Below, piece after piece: positions 8,728 through 19,795 of a stretch of DNA of 64,000 nt. The stretch's first letter is position 1. Each line of letters opens with the position of its first letter. The translations under genes were made by a program, and so were the position numbers. This DNA comes from an uncultured Methanomassiliicoccales archaeon (GTDB taxonomy: Archaea > Thermoplasmatota > Thermoplasmata > Methanomassiliicoccales > UBA472). The stretch is from contig CAVTBB010000002.1 in assembly GCA_963732855.1 (NCBI GenBank), positions 336,632-400,631 on the forward strand, written 5' to 3'. A model generated the notes under the pieces. That model was not told the origin of the DNA, did no database searches, and saw nothing but the letters and a program-made list of their open reading frames with translations.

Positions 8728-10473
8728 TCACCAGATCCTGAAAGAACCGAACACGGCGGAATTCAACAGATACAACACAACGAACACCAGCAATGGCACC
8801 AGTATCCACACGAGGGTCACCTTGGCTGGTGGTCGGAACGAATGGAACTGGCCTCGGAACCCACGACACTCCAGCGCCACCTGGGAACGGTCAGCTACCT
8901 CCATCGATCGAGTGAACAGCCCGACCGCCAATTTCCCTGAAGTGCGGAACCTGTTGCGGAGCCCCCTGAACCCGAGGCGACATTGGGCGGCCACATACAT
9001 CGTGCCCAGCAGATCGAGCAGCAGGAACGAATACCGATAGATCAGGACCACTAGCTCGGATATCTCCTTCGGAAGGCGCAATTGCCCCATCGCTTCGGAG
9101 AGATGCGGTATCGGCGTCGACGTGGCGAAGAACAACATCACCGACATGCCAGCCAGCGCCCTCATGAACACCAGCAAACCAAGGTTCATCCCTCCATCGG
9201 ACAGGCTCAGTCCGAGTCCGAGAAGATCTAGGGAGTACAGGGTCGTACCGGGTGTGATCAAGGCGATGACCAATGACCCTATCACCAACACCGCCAATCC
9301 GTTCAGCAATGCCAGCAGAACGACACGGGGGAACCGCAAGTGGGTGGAGTACGCTAGCAACACCGTCCCTCCCACCAGTACCATCCCAGGCACGGCAATC
9401 GAGGTGGCGAAGATGGAGGCGAACAGCATAGCCAGAGCGAGGAATAGTTTGCCCAGCGGTGGCCAGCGCCTCATTGGCGAGGCGAACGCGATCTCGTCGA
9501 TGGAGGAAGGGGCGCCTATCGCCGGGCTTTCCTTTAACTTCACCTTCTTCTTCCGCAGCCGGTGCACGACGTATCCGATTATTACCAGGCCGATCAATCC
9601 CTGGACCATGAACAACCCGACCTCCAGCGTTGCAGAGGGTGTCCATATGCTGTTGAACCAGGGCTGATAATCGGGGACAATGCCTTGAATTAGCTCTCCC
9701 CCCTTGTCGTCCGCTCCGACCAGGTCGGATGCCAGGTTGAAGGTATAGGCGACAGCGATGATCGAGACGATTGCGATCAGCCCCACCAGGTAAATGATCT
9801 TCGTTCTCCTCGTTTCGTTGCGCACCACCTCACATCCCTCGATGATCTCAGGACGGCTCCGAGTGAGAAAATCGAAGAAGATGACGATGAGAACGCCTTC
9901 GGCAATGGCCAAAGGTATCTGAGTGATGGCAAACACCGCCAGGAACGCCTCGAGCGAGACCAGCACGCTCCCTCCTGAGGGATAGGCCACGGCAAGTTGG
10001 AACGATGTCACGAAGTAGGTCGCCATATCCGCCAGGAAGGCAGCGATGAAGACCGATGCGGCGATCGGGGCTCTTGCACGTCGCAGCCCTTTGAACACGA
10101 AGTAAGCAAAGAACGGCCCGGCTATGCCCATCGAAAAGACGTTCGCCCCCAGGGTGGTTATCCCGCCGTGCGCCAGCAATACCGCTTGGAACACCAATAC
10201 AATGGTGGCCAGGACAGAGGTGATCGCTGGCCCGTACAGGATCGTGGAAAGCCCGGTCCCGGTCGGATGGGACGAGGAACCACCGATCGAGGGTAACTTC
10301 AACGACGAAAGGACGAATACGAAAGCGCCGGATACGGCGAGAACCAGTTTTTGTTCCGGGTGCTCCCGGAAGATGACCTTGATCTTCCTGACCCCCCAGA
10401 ACACGAATGGAATGGAGACGAGGAACCAGAACAGGCACCAAAGGGGCGGAAGGAAACCTTCCATTATGTGCAT
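8728..10473 (-). CDS. Fused cobalt/nickel ECF transporter CbiM-CbiN-CbiQ
   Basis: N-terminal MHIMEG metal-binding motif (CbiM), GADD...YQPWF..IWTP (CbiN), then CbiQ-like TM domain with IYRY and ECRGF. Confidence 0.85.
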   Translation of the reverse strand: MHIMEGFLPPLWCLFWFLVSIPFVFWGVRKIKVIFREHPEQKLVLAVSGAFVFVLSSLKLPSIGGSSSHPTGTGLSTILYGPAITSVLATIVLVFQAVLLAHGGITTLGANVFSMGIAGPFFAYFVFKGLRRARAPIAASVFIAAFLADMATYFVTSFQLAVAYPSGGSVLVSLEAFLAVFAITQIPLAIAEGVLIVIFFDFLTRSRPEIIEGCEVVRNETRRTKIIYLVGLIAIVSIIAVAYTFNLASDLVGADDKGGELIQGIVPDYQPWFNSIWTPSATLEVGLFMVQGLIGLVIIGYVVHRLRKKKVKLKESPAIGAPSSIDEIAFASPMRRWPPLGKLFLALAMLFASIFATSIAVPGMVLVGGTVLLAYSTHLRFPRVVLLALLNGLAVLVIGSLVIALITPGTTLYSLDLLGLGLSLSDGGMNLGLLVFMRALAGMSVMLFFATSTPIPHLSEAMGQLRLPKEISELVVLIYRYSFLLLDLLGTMYVAAQCRLGFRGLRNRFRTSGKLAVGLFTRSMEVADRSQVALECRGFRGQFHSFRPPAKVTLVWILVPLLVFVVLYLLNSAVFGSFRIW

Positions 10474-10844
10474 TTGGGCTCACACTCCGGGCAGACACCG
10501 CGGAGATGCAGCTCCCACCTTTCAACCTTCATTCCGGTCTTGCGGGAGAGTTCTGGCACATTAAGGTCGAACGGCACAGAATAGAGCCTGTGACAGACCG
10601 AGCACTCGAAGTGGGCGTTTGAGAAAGGGTGTTTCACGAAAGCTGCGGAAGAGCTCATCTTCGATTCTGATATCAACCCTTCCAGCACCAGTTTGTTGAG
10701 GTTTCGGTAGACCGTACCCAGACTGACGTTCGGCAATCGCTCCTTGGCCTTCAAATAGACATGCTCGGCTGTGATAGGGGAGTCGCTGTTGTAAACAATG
10801 TCCACGATGACCTTCAGCTGCTTCGTCCATCGTGTTTTGGGCAT
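10464..10844 (-). CDS. Fur/PerR-family metalloregulator
   Basis: SLGTVYRNL recognition helix, HFECSVC and GVCPEC zinc-site motifs. Confidence 0.9.
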   Translation of the reverse strand: MPKTRWTKQLKVIVDIVYNSDSPITAEHVYLKAKERLPNVSLGTVYRNLNKLVLEGLISESKMSSSAAFVKHPFSNAHFECSVCHRLYSVPFDLNVPELSRKTGMKVERWELHLRGVCPECEPKCT

Positions 10845-10847
10845 ATC

Positions 10848-10866
10848 AGTAATGATTATCATTATC
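10848..10866 (-). promoter_or_regulatory. Fur-box-like operator GATAATGATAATCATTACT
   Basis: 17 of 19 nt match the E. coli Fur consensus GATAATGATAATCATTATC; ends 3 nt upstream of the Fur-like ATG. Confidence 0.7.
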
Positions 10867-10965
10867 AAGTTATTTATTGTTATTCAGCAATGGATGGATG
10901 TATTAACAGGTCTCATGACAACATAGAAAATTGAAAAGGACGGAATGGTCCGATGGCTGAAGATA

Positions 10966-11787
10966 TCAAGGTCCTTTCGGCTTGAACGCCTTGCGTTTAA
11001 CGACCACATATAACGTTACGATCGCTAGCTGGAAAGCGATGACGGCCACGACCAACGCGAACACTGACAGGAGCCCGCTGTCGTCGTTTATGTTCTTAGG
11101 CGGAGTGGTGACGATCACACTGTCACTCCAGCCTGATTCGCTTACGTTGGTCACCGCCTTCACGTTGTAAGTGAGGACCGCCCCAGAGCCGGCCTGGTCA
11201 TCGTGGACTGAGGTGACGGGGACATCGGTACCGCTGACCTTGACCTCGAACTGTGTCGATTCGCCCGTCGCGGCCTGCCGTCTCACTACATACTTGGTGA
11301 TGTTGTCGCCTCCGTCCGATACGGGTGTGTTCCAGGAGATATCCACATAGTCGCCCCCGCCCACTCCCCTGAGACCGTTCGGCACGCTTGGATGGGCACT
11401 AGGCACGAGGGTGACCTTGTCGCTTGAATTGCCTGGTCCGATGTTGTTCTCCGCAATTATCCAGTAGGTGACGTTCGTTGCGGACGATGGCATCGGGTCA
11501 TCGTACTCCCGCTCCGTGGCGTTGAGCTTCACCGCCAATTCGGTACCGGTTCCGTTGATCTGCCGATAGACGTCATAATAGGTTATTCCGGGGCCGGTCT
11601 GGTTCGGCTCCTGCCACCAGATGTGGGCGATGCCGTTCCAGTTGGAAGCATTGAACCCGAAAGGATCGGAGGGCACCACCTGGACGCCCGCACCCGAGGC
11701 CAGGGGCATTGCCGAGACTAGTGTTATCTGGAAGATTACGAGAATATACAGGATACGGTTCGATCTCATTAGGCTCTGCTCCGACAA
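10966..11787 (-). CDS. Secreted/membrane-anchored protein with two fibronectin type III-like domains
   Basis: Signal-like N-terminus, SWNTPVSDGGDNITKYVV and YNVKAVTNVSESGWS Fn3 patterns, C-terminal TM helix with basic tail. Confidence 0.75.
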   Translation of the reverse strand: MSEQSLMRSNRILYILVIFQITLVSAMPLASGAGVQVVPSDPFGFNASNWNGIAHIWWQEPNQTGPGITYYDVYRQINGTGTELAVKLNATEREYDDPMPSSATNVTYWIIAENNIGPGNSSDKVTLVPSAHPSVPNGLRGVGGGDYVDISWNTPVSDGGDNITKYVVRRQAATGESTQFEVKVSGTDVPVTSVHDDQAGSGAVLTYNVKAVTNVSESGWSDSVIVTTPPKNINDDSGLLSVFALVVAVIAFQLAIVTLYVVVKRKAFKPKGP

Positions 11788-11811
11788 TTAAGGTTATTTT
11801 AACGCGGTAAT

Positions 11812-12267
11812 TCAAACTTTGCCTGTTTCGATAAGCGTCTTCCGCATGAGGAAATTGTTCCCTCTCCGGCACACCTTCCGATAACCCAAGTGCCGGTAGA
11901 AGCGCAACGCCGCCTCATTGGTCATCTGGACCACGAGTTCGACACCTTCGTAACAGGCATCTACCGCCTTAGCCTCAACATGCCTCATGATCTCTGTCCC
12001 GAAACCGCGATGTTGCAGGTCCTTCCACAGCTGTATCGAGGTGACGAAAAGATAACGGTCGACCACCTCAAGCGAGACGTATCCGGCTAGATCGCCCTCG
12101 AACATTGCCACCTCGGTGTCCACGTCCTTGGACATGAGCCATTCCAGCAGCGGTTCGTCCCGCCACTCCAACCCCCATGCCGAGCGGATGATGCTTGACA
12201 TATTATCCCGGCTCATTTTGACCAGAGCAGGGATGTCACCGCGGTTCATTCGCCGGAAATGGATCAT
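11812..12267 (-). CDS. GNAT-family N-acetyltransferase
   Basis: QHRGFG acetyl-CoA motif, TNEAALRFYRHLGY; start set at the MIHFRR ATG. Confidence 0.8.
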   Translation of the reverse strand: MIHFRRMNRGDIPALVKMSRDNMSSIIRSAWGLEWRDEPLLEWLMSKDVDTEVAMFEGDLAGYVSLEVVDRYLFVTSIQLWKDLQHRGFGTEIMRHVEAKAVDACYEGVELVVQMTNEAALRFYRHLGYRKVCRRGNNFLMRKTLIETGKV

Positions 12268-12397
12268 CGAGCATCGTAGACTGGCCTCAATTGAAATAGT
12301 CTTCGCCGCCCCTGAATCGTGTACCACGAACAAAAACGAAGGATTAGCACAGACATTAAATATCTGGTGGAATTTTGACACCCACTAGGTGAAAGAC

Positions 12398-12718
12398 ATG
12401 GTGGAAGTCACAGAAGAGGCCACTAAATACATCAACGACCTGATCGCGAAGAACAGCAAACAGGGATTCGGCATCAGGATATATCTTTCGGGAATGGGTT
12501 GCTCTGGCCCGCAGTTCGGTATGTCCTTCCAGGACAAGGCCAAAGAGGGCGACATGGAGCAGCAGGGAGCTGGTTTCTCGTTGTTCTACGACAAGGAGAC
12601 GAAGGAGGTCCTCGACACATGCACGGTGGACTTCATCGAGACCCCGTATGGATCCGGGCTCATCGTCCACAACCCGAACATGTCGGGATGCAGCTCCTGC
12701 GGCGGCGGCTGTCATTAA
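12398..12718 (+). CDS. HesB/IscA-like Fe-S cluster assembly accessory protein
   Basis: GMGCSGPQFGMS and C-terminal CSSCGGGC. Confidence 0.8.
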   Translation: MVEVTEEATKYINDLIAKNSKQGFGIRIYLSGMGCSGPQFGMSFQDKAKEGDMEQQGAGFSLFYDKETKEVLDTCTVDFIETPYGSGLIVHNPNMSGCSSCGGGCH

Positions 12719-12785
12719 TCGTTGAGAACCGTCAATCATTTTCGGGGCCCTGCCCCAAATCCTATTCTAATAAGACCCGATATTC

Positions 12786-14393
12786 ATGAACGTGTTCTTG
12801 GAGCTTCCACTGATCAAGAAGGACGCGGTCGAGCAGCGCGAATACCAGGTTGACCTGGCCCGATTGGCGTTGCGCTCCAACACGCTGGTGGTCCTCCCTA
12901 CCGGGATGGGTAAGACCGTGATCGCGCTTATCGTCCTGGCGAACGTTCTTCATAGACGCAATGGAAAAGTCCTATTTCTAGCGCCGACGAAACCGCTGGT
13001 AGAGCAGCACGCGAATTTCCTCAAAGAGATGGTAGTCGGAAAATCCGTGACCGTGCTGACCGGGGAGGTGGATCCGGAGGAGCGCGAGGCGCTGTGGATC
13101 CAGAACGACATCATCGTCTCCACGCCTCAGGTGGTGGCCAACGACCTCAAGCATGAAAGGGTCTCGCTCAAGGAAGTCCAGCTCATAGTATTTGACGAGG
13201 CCCACCGAGCCATAGGCAGCTATGCTTATGTGGCTGTCGCGCAGCAATACAAGGACTACTGTCGCCTGATATTGGGCATGACCGCTTCGCCCGGTGGCAG
13301 CAAGGCCAAGATCATGGAGGTATGCGAGAGCCTGGGCATCGTCGACATCGAGGTCCGCACCGAGTTCGACCCGGACGTGGCACCGTACGTCCAGGACGTA
13401 CAGATGCAGCATATCGAGGTGGACGTCCCGATCGACCTGAGGAAGGTTATTGCGATATTATCCTCCCTCTATGAGACGTATATCAAGGAGCTCACCAACC
13501 TTGGCGTGCTGGAAAGAGGCCGACCGGTGAACATGCGATATCTGCTGGACGTTCAGAACAACCTTCAGGCCCGGCTGCGCTCGGGGGAGAAGAGCAAGAC
13601 CATCTACCGGGCCCTGAGCCTCCAGGCGATGGCCGTGAAAGTGGAGCACGCTTTGGGGCTGGCGGAGACCCAGGGAACGTCCTCGTTGAACGCGTACCTG
13701 GAACGTCTGGTTGTAGAGGCTAATTCGGACGAGGGTTCGAAGGCGTCGAGGGTGGTCGTCTCCTCGGAGCAGTTCAAGGATGTTCTTGAGCTCCTGAAGA
13801 CCATCCGCTCCGAACATCCGAAACTATCGAAGGTCATGAGCATCGTTTCCCAACAGGTGAACGACAAGCCCAACTCTAGAGTGCTTGTGTTCACGCACTA
13901 CCGGGATACCTGCGACTTGATGGCGACCAAGCTGGCGATGATACCGGGCGTGAAGGTGGCGAAGCTGGTCGGCCAGGCCGACCGGGTGGGCGAACGGGGA
14001 CTGAAACAGAAGGACCAGGTTGGCGTTCTGGACAAGTTCCGGAGTGGAGAATACAACGTGGTCGTGGCGACATCGGTCGGCGAGGAGGGCCTGGACGTGG
14101 CGCAGACCGACCTGGTGGTGTTCTATGAGCCAGTGGCATCCGAGATCGCTCGATCCAGCGCCGGGGCCGTACCGGGAGGAAGCGAGCCGGCCGGGTGGTC
14201 GCTCATGATCACCAAGGACACCCGGGACCAGGCTTACTTCTATGCCAGCATGAAGAAGGAAACGGCGATGCGCAAGCGGCTCAGGTCGTTGAGCGACGAA
14301 CTCAAGGAAGGGAAGGCGGAATGCAAGGATGTAGGTCCGTACTCAGACAAGAAACCCGTCAAGCCAGGACAGGCCTCTCTTTTGGATTTCTGA
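12786..14393 (+). CDS. hef: Hef/FANCM-family SF2 helicase without nuclease domain; motif VI displaced by compensating frameshifts
   Basis: LPTGMGKT, DEAHRA, MTASPG, ATSVGEEGLD; SIQRRGRTGR is found in another frame at 14150-14179; C-terminal PIP-like QASLLDF. Confidence 0.9.
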   Translation: MNVFLELPLIKKDAVEQREYQVDLARLALRSNTLVVLPTGMGKTVIALIVLANVLHRRNGKVLFLAPTKPLVEQHANFLKEMVVGKSVTVLTGEVDPEEREALWIQNDIIVSTPQVVANDLKHERVSLKEVQLIVFDEAHRAIGSYAYVAVAQQYKDYCRLILGMTASPGGSKAKIMEVCESLGIVDIEVRTEFDPDVAPYVQDVQMQHIEVDVPIDLRKVIAILSSLYETYIKELTNLGVLERGRPVNMRYLLDVQNNLQARLRSGEKSKTIYRALSLQAMAVKVEHALGLAETQGTSSLNAYLERLVVEANSDEGSKASRVVVSSEQFKDVLELLKTIRSEHPKLSKVMSIVSQQVNDKPNSRVLVFTHYRDTCDLMATKLAMIPGVKVAKLVGQADRVGERGLKQKDQVGVLDKFRSGEYNVVVATSVGEEGLDVAQTDLVVFYEPVASEIARSSAGAVPGGSEPAGWSLMITKDTRDQAYFYASMKKETAMRKRLRSLSDELKEGKAECKDVGPYSDKKPVKPGQASLLDF

Positions 14394-14475
14394 GCTTCCA
14401 CACTAGCGTATCCAGACTCACACACTCGACCCATCGGATGAGAGCCTTATATAGGGAAAATCCAATAGACGGGTC

Positions 14476-16236
14476 ATGCTGTTCCGGGAACTGGTCGATA
14501 CATACGAGGAGCTCGATAAGACCTCGAGCCGGCTCGAGATGACCGATATATTGTCCCAGTTCTTCAAGAAGGCCGACCGCGGTTCGCTGCGGAAGGCGGT
14601 GTATCTCACGCAAGGGCAGCTCTACCCGGATTTCAACCCGCAGAAGCTGGGAATGGCAGATAAACTCCTATTCAAGACGCTCACCTTCACCACCGGCATG
14701 AGGGAATCGGCCATCCAGGAGATGATGGTCAAGGAAGGCGACCCGGGACAGGTGGCGTTCCAGCTGTTCCAGGGAAGGAAGCAGACCACCCTCTTCTCGG
14801 AACCGCTCACGCTCTACCGGGTCTACGCGGCGTTGGAGAAGATCGCTACGTCGGAAGGGGGCGGTTCACAGGACACCAAGCTGAAGCTGCTCGCCGACAT
14901 ACTCGGAGATTCAAGCCCAGAAGAGGCCAAGTACATTTCCCGGATCGTTTCCGGAAAGATGCGATTGGGCGTGGCCACTATGACCATCATCGACGCGTTA
15001 GCGACGGCCTACGCCACCAAGGACGAGCGCGACGTCGTGGAGAACGGCTTCAACGTATCGTCGGACCTGGGGTTGGTCGCCGAGATCCTTCAGGAGAAGG
15101 GGATCGAGGGTGTCAGGCAGATGAAGGTCAAGGTCGGGAACCCGATCCGGGCGATGCTGGCGGAAAGACTTCCCTCGCCTAAGGAGATCCTAGTGAAGAT
15201 GGGCGGCACGGCGGCGTTCGAGTACAAGTACGACGGTGTCCGAGTGCAGGCACACATCGAACAGGGAAAGATCACGCTTTACTCAAGACGGTTGGAGGTG
15301 CTCACTGACCAGTTCCCCGACGTGGTCAAGGCGCTGAAGGAATCGTTCAAGGCCAGTAGCGCCATTGTCGAAGGCGAGTGCGTCCCGGTTGACATCAACA
15401 CCGGTGAATTCCTCCCGTTCCAGGAAGTATCCCACCGCCGAGGCCGGAAGCACGGCCTGGAGGAGGCGATTGAGGACTATCCAGTGAGGATGTGCTTGTT
15501 CGATTGCCTCTACCTCGAAGGTGTGGATATCACCCAGCAGCCCCTACTCAAACGCCGGGCAGCTTTGCAGTCAGCGGTCAACATCTCGGAATCGGTGAAG
15601 CTCTCGGAGATGCGCGTGCTATCAGACGAGGCAAGCGTGGAGAAGTTCTTCTCGGAAGCGTTGAAAGATGGTTGCGAGGGATTGATGGCCAAGTCTATCG
15701 CCCCCGAATCAGTTTACCGGGCTGGTAGCCGTGGATTCTTATGGATAAAGTACAAGAAGGAATACCGCTCGGAGATGACTGACACGGTGGACCTGGTCGT
15801 TGTCGGCGGTTTCGCCGGGCGGGGTAGGCGCAAGGGGTTCTATGGGGCGTTGCTCATGGCCACGTACAATTCGGAGGAAGACACGTTCGAGACCGTGTCC
15901 AAGCTCGGCAGCGGTTTCGACGATGCCACGCTAGCCTTCATGGTCGCCCAAATGGAGAAATACAAGCTCATGGACAGGCACCATCTGGTCAAGAGCAACA
16001 TGCAGGCGGACTTCTGGTTCGAGCCGGGAATGGTACTGGAAGTGCTAGGCGCGGAGATAACCGTCTCACCCATCCACACCTGCGCTTTCGGCAAGGTACG
16101 TAAGGACGCCGGTCTGGCGATACGGTTCCCACGATTCACTGGCAAGGTCCGGGATGATAAAGGACCCAGGGAAGCGACCACGTCCACCGAGCTTGAGAAT
16201 ATGTACCGCTCCCAGCTGAAGAAGGTCGAGGACTAA
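14476..16236 (+). CDS. lig: ATP-dependent DNA ligase
   Basis: EYKYDGVRVQAH motif I, EGE, FDCLY, EGLMAK, WIKYK, IRFPRF..VRDDK. Confidence 0.97.
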   Translation: MLFRELVDTYEELDKTSSRLEMTDILSQFFKKADRGSLRKAVYLTQGQLYPDFNPQKLGMADKLLFKTLTFTTGMRESAIQEMMVKEGDPGQVAFQLFQGRKQTTLFSEPLTLYRVYAALEKIATSEGGGSQDTKLKLLADILGDSSPEEAKYISRIVSGKMRLGVATMTIIDALATAYATKDERDVVENGFNVSSDLGLVAEILQEKGIEGVRQMKVKVGNPIRAMLAERLPSPKEILVKMGGTAAFEYKYDGVRVQAHIEQGKITLYSRRLEVLTDQFPDVVKALKESFKASSAIVEGECVPVDINTGEFLPFQEVSHRRGRKHGLEEAIEDYPVRMCLFDCLYLEGVDITQQPLLKRRAALQSAVNISESVKLSEMRVLSDEASVEKFFSEALKDGCEGLMAKSIAPESVYRAGSRGFLWIKYKKEYRSEMTDTVDLVVVGGFAGRGRRKGFYGALLMATYNSEEDTFETVSKLGSGFDDATLAFMVAQMEKYKLMDRHHLVKSNMQADFWFEPGMVLEVLGAEITVSPIHTCAFGKVRKDAGLAIRFPRFTGKVRDDKGPREATTSTELENMYRSQLKKVED

Positions 16237-16279
16237 TCCAGACTGGCGATTCTATCGTTCCCTCAGGGGCTGTTCTATC

Positions 16280-16975
16280 CTAAGGATCCTCTACTTTTCC
16301 CCATCTGACGGGCTTTGGCGCATCGAACAGCTGCCACAGTAGGACGAGCAGGAATGGCATGGTGAATATTACGGCCGTAATGATCCTGACCCACACTGAG
16401 AACTCACTCGGCTGGAATATCAGAAAGATCGATTCCAATGACAGGAGGGCTAAGAACCCCCCGACTAACAGCAGAATGATACCTCTGACGAACTTGCCCA
16501 TGTAGAAGTGGCCGATGCCCATGAACCCGAGGAAACCGAATCCGGCCAGGACCATTGCCATCTTTGGGTCTTTGACATTAGGAATCCAGGATTGTTGATA
16601 CCGGTTTGAGCCGTGACCCGGGTTGGGTGTTCTTGGAACCGGGAACTCCTGCCGCGGGTACTGGTTCTGGTAATATGGGTTCGGGTAAGGCGAAGGGTAT
16701 TGGTCCTGTGATCTCCATGGTTCATACTGGCATGATTGTGTTGGCCTCGACCGTTCGGGTTCTTGTTTCTTCCCCGCCTCATTTCCGTGGCTGAACAATT
16801 TGATCGGGCCTCTTTCGTCCGAGACCATCCTCCCGCAGCTGGGGCAGAAACCGAGCTCGTTGGTGAAAAAGTATCCGCACCCTACGCAGGTCTTGATCTT
16901 AGGATCGTTAACCATTGGAACCTTATGATGTACGGTTATAGGGCCTCCCGCTAGATCAACCTTATCCACTTTCAT
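16280..16975 (-). CDS. Zinc-ribbon + Pro/Gln/Tyr-rich linker + TM2-domain membrane protein
   Basis: CVGCG...CPSCG, GFMGIGHFYMGKFVRG TM2 motif. Confidence 0.75.
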   Translation of the reverse strand: MKVDKVDLAGGPITVHHKVPMVNDPKIKTCVGCGYFFTNELGFCPSCGRMVSDERGPIKLFSHGNEAGKKQEPERSRPTQSCQYEPWRSQDQYPSPYPNPYYQNQYPRQEFPVPRTPNPGHGSNRYQQSWIPNVKDPKMAMVLAGFGFLGFMGIGHFYMGKFVRGIILLLVGGFLALLSLESIFLIFQPSEFSVWVRIITAVIFTMPFLLVLLWQLFDAPKPVRWGKVEDP

Positions 16976-17338
16976 ATTCCATCGGTCTCAATCCACTTAG
17001 AAGTTGAAATGATGTCGGTCTTTGATCCGGTCTCCGGTTCTGTTGGTCTTCCAGCATTCGTTTTGAAGATCAAATCGGCATGTTGAAACGAACCAAGTTC
17101 TGTCCAGTAATAATGAGTCTTATATCGAAAATATCTTACTCCTAGGCAGAAAGGTTCTCTTCCCCTCATCCCATCCCAAAGGCAGTTAGGAGAATCAATT
17201 CCTTTCTCATTGGTAACAATTTATTTCCCAGTTCCTTCCAAAGCGTGACTGGTGGAATAAGAACAAACCATTGTCGATTATCACCATTGAAGACCATCGT
17301 GATATGCATAGTGACTGGAAGAAGGGCTTATCATTAGC

Positions 17339-17488
17339 CTAAACGAAAGCATAGTAGGACAAATAGACAATGATGAAGACGGTGCCCATGGGGACGGCCT
17401 ATACCGCCATCTTCTTGGCCCTCTCATTTGGGTCAGAGACTTCCGGGGTTCTGATCGGACCGCCCTCGTACTCGTTGTAGGCGACCAA
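17339..17488 (-). other. Small single-TM ORF (49 codons) with in-frame TAG at codon 30; pyrrolysine read-through candidate or pseudogene
   Basis: SD-like GGAGGGGGTG before TTG; MVAYNEYEGGPIRTPEVSDPNERAKKMAV-TAG-AVPMGTVFIIVYLSYYAFV; the hydrophobic stretch spans the TAG. Confidence 0.4.
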
Positions 17489-18002
17489 ACAACCACCCCC
17501 TCCGATACTGGGTCAAAGGTAAAACCTGGTCACATTGATTACGTTCGGATTCTAAGTCGATTTTACTCCCTTCTCAGGTCAGTGGAGCTCTCTTGGCGTG
17601 TTGAGATGAATATGTTCAATTGTGGTCCTTTCCTTTTATCATTTAATTAGCCAGAGACATCAACAAGTCAGGATGATATTCGATATTCATTCCTTTACGA
17701 CACAAATATTCCATTTGAAATCTGGATATTTCAGATCTGTGTACCGCCGATATGACATATCGCAAGCCCCCAGATCATTGATTATAAATTCGATATCGTA
17801 AATATTTTAATAAATAAACGATTCCTATTGTACATTTATCTACAATTCCAATAATCATTGCACAAATGTCTTGCTAGCAAAGCTTTTATTGTCAATTTCG
17901 ATAACCGTGGATAAGTTTGCGAGACAAATAAACAATTAAAAAATAGTGAGTCTCCGACGAATTGTCCGAAATCGGCTCTAAATAGTATCCTTGGGTGGTC
18001 AA

Positions 18003-19674
<1,672 letters not shown>

Positions 19675-19795
19675 GGATTCCATAGTAGTGGAAAACGTGA
19701 ATTTCAACGATACTGATAGGTATCTAAACGATGTTTGACCGTTCCTGCGGCGATGCCCTTCAGTAGGGTCGCCCGGGAAAGGGATTCCACGACCC

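Noticed and set aside
8690-8732. Possible lost T in a homopolymer that would give cbiO a GTG start at about 8731
   Set aside because: The TTG at 8690 gives an almost complete ATPase domain; this cannot be distinguished without reads.
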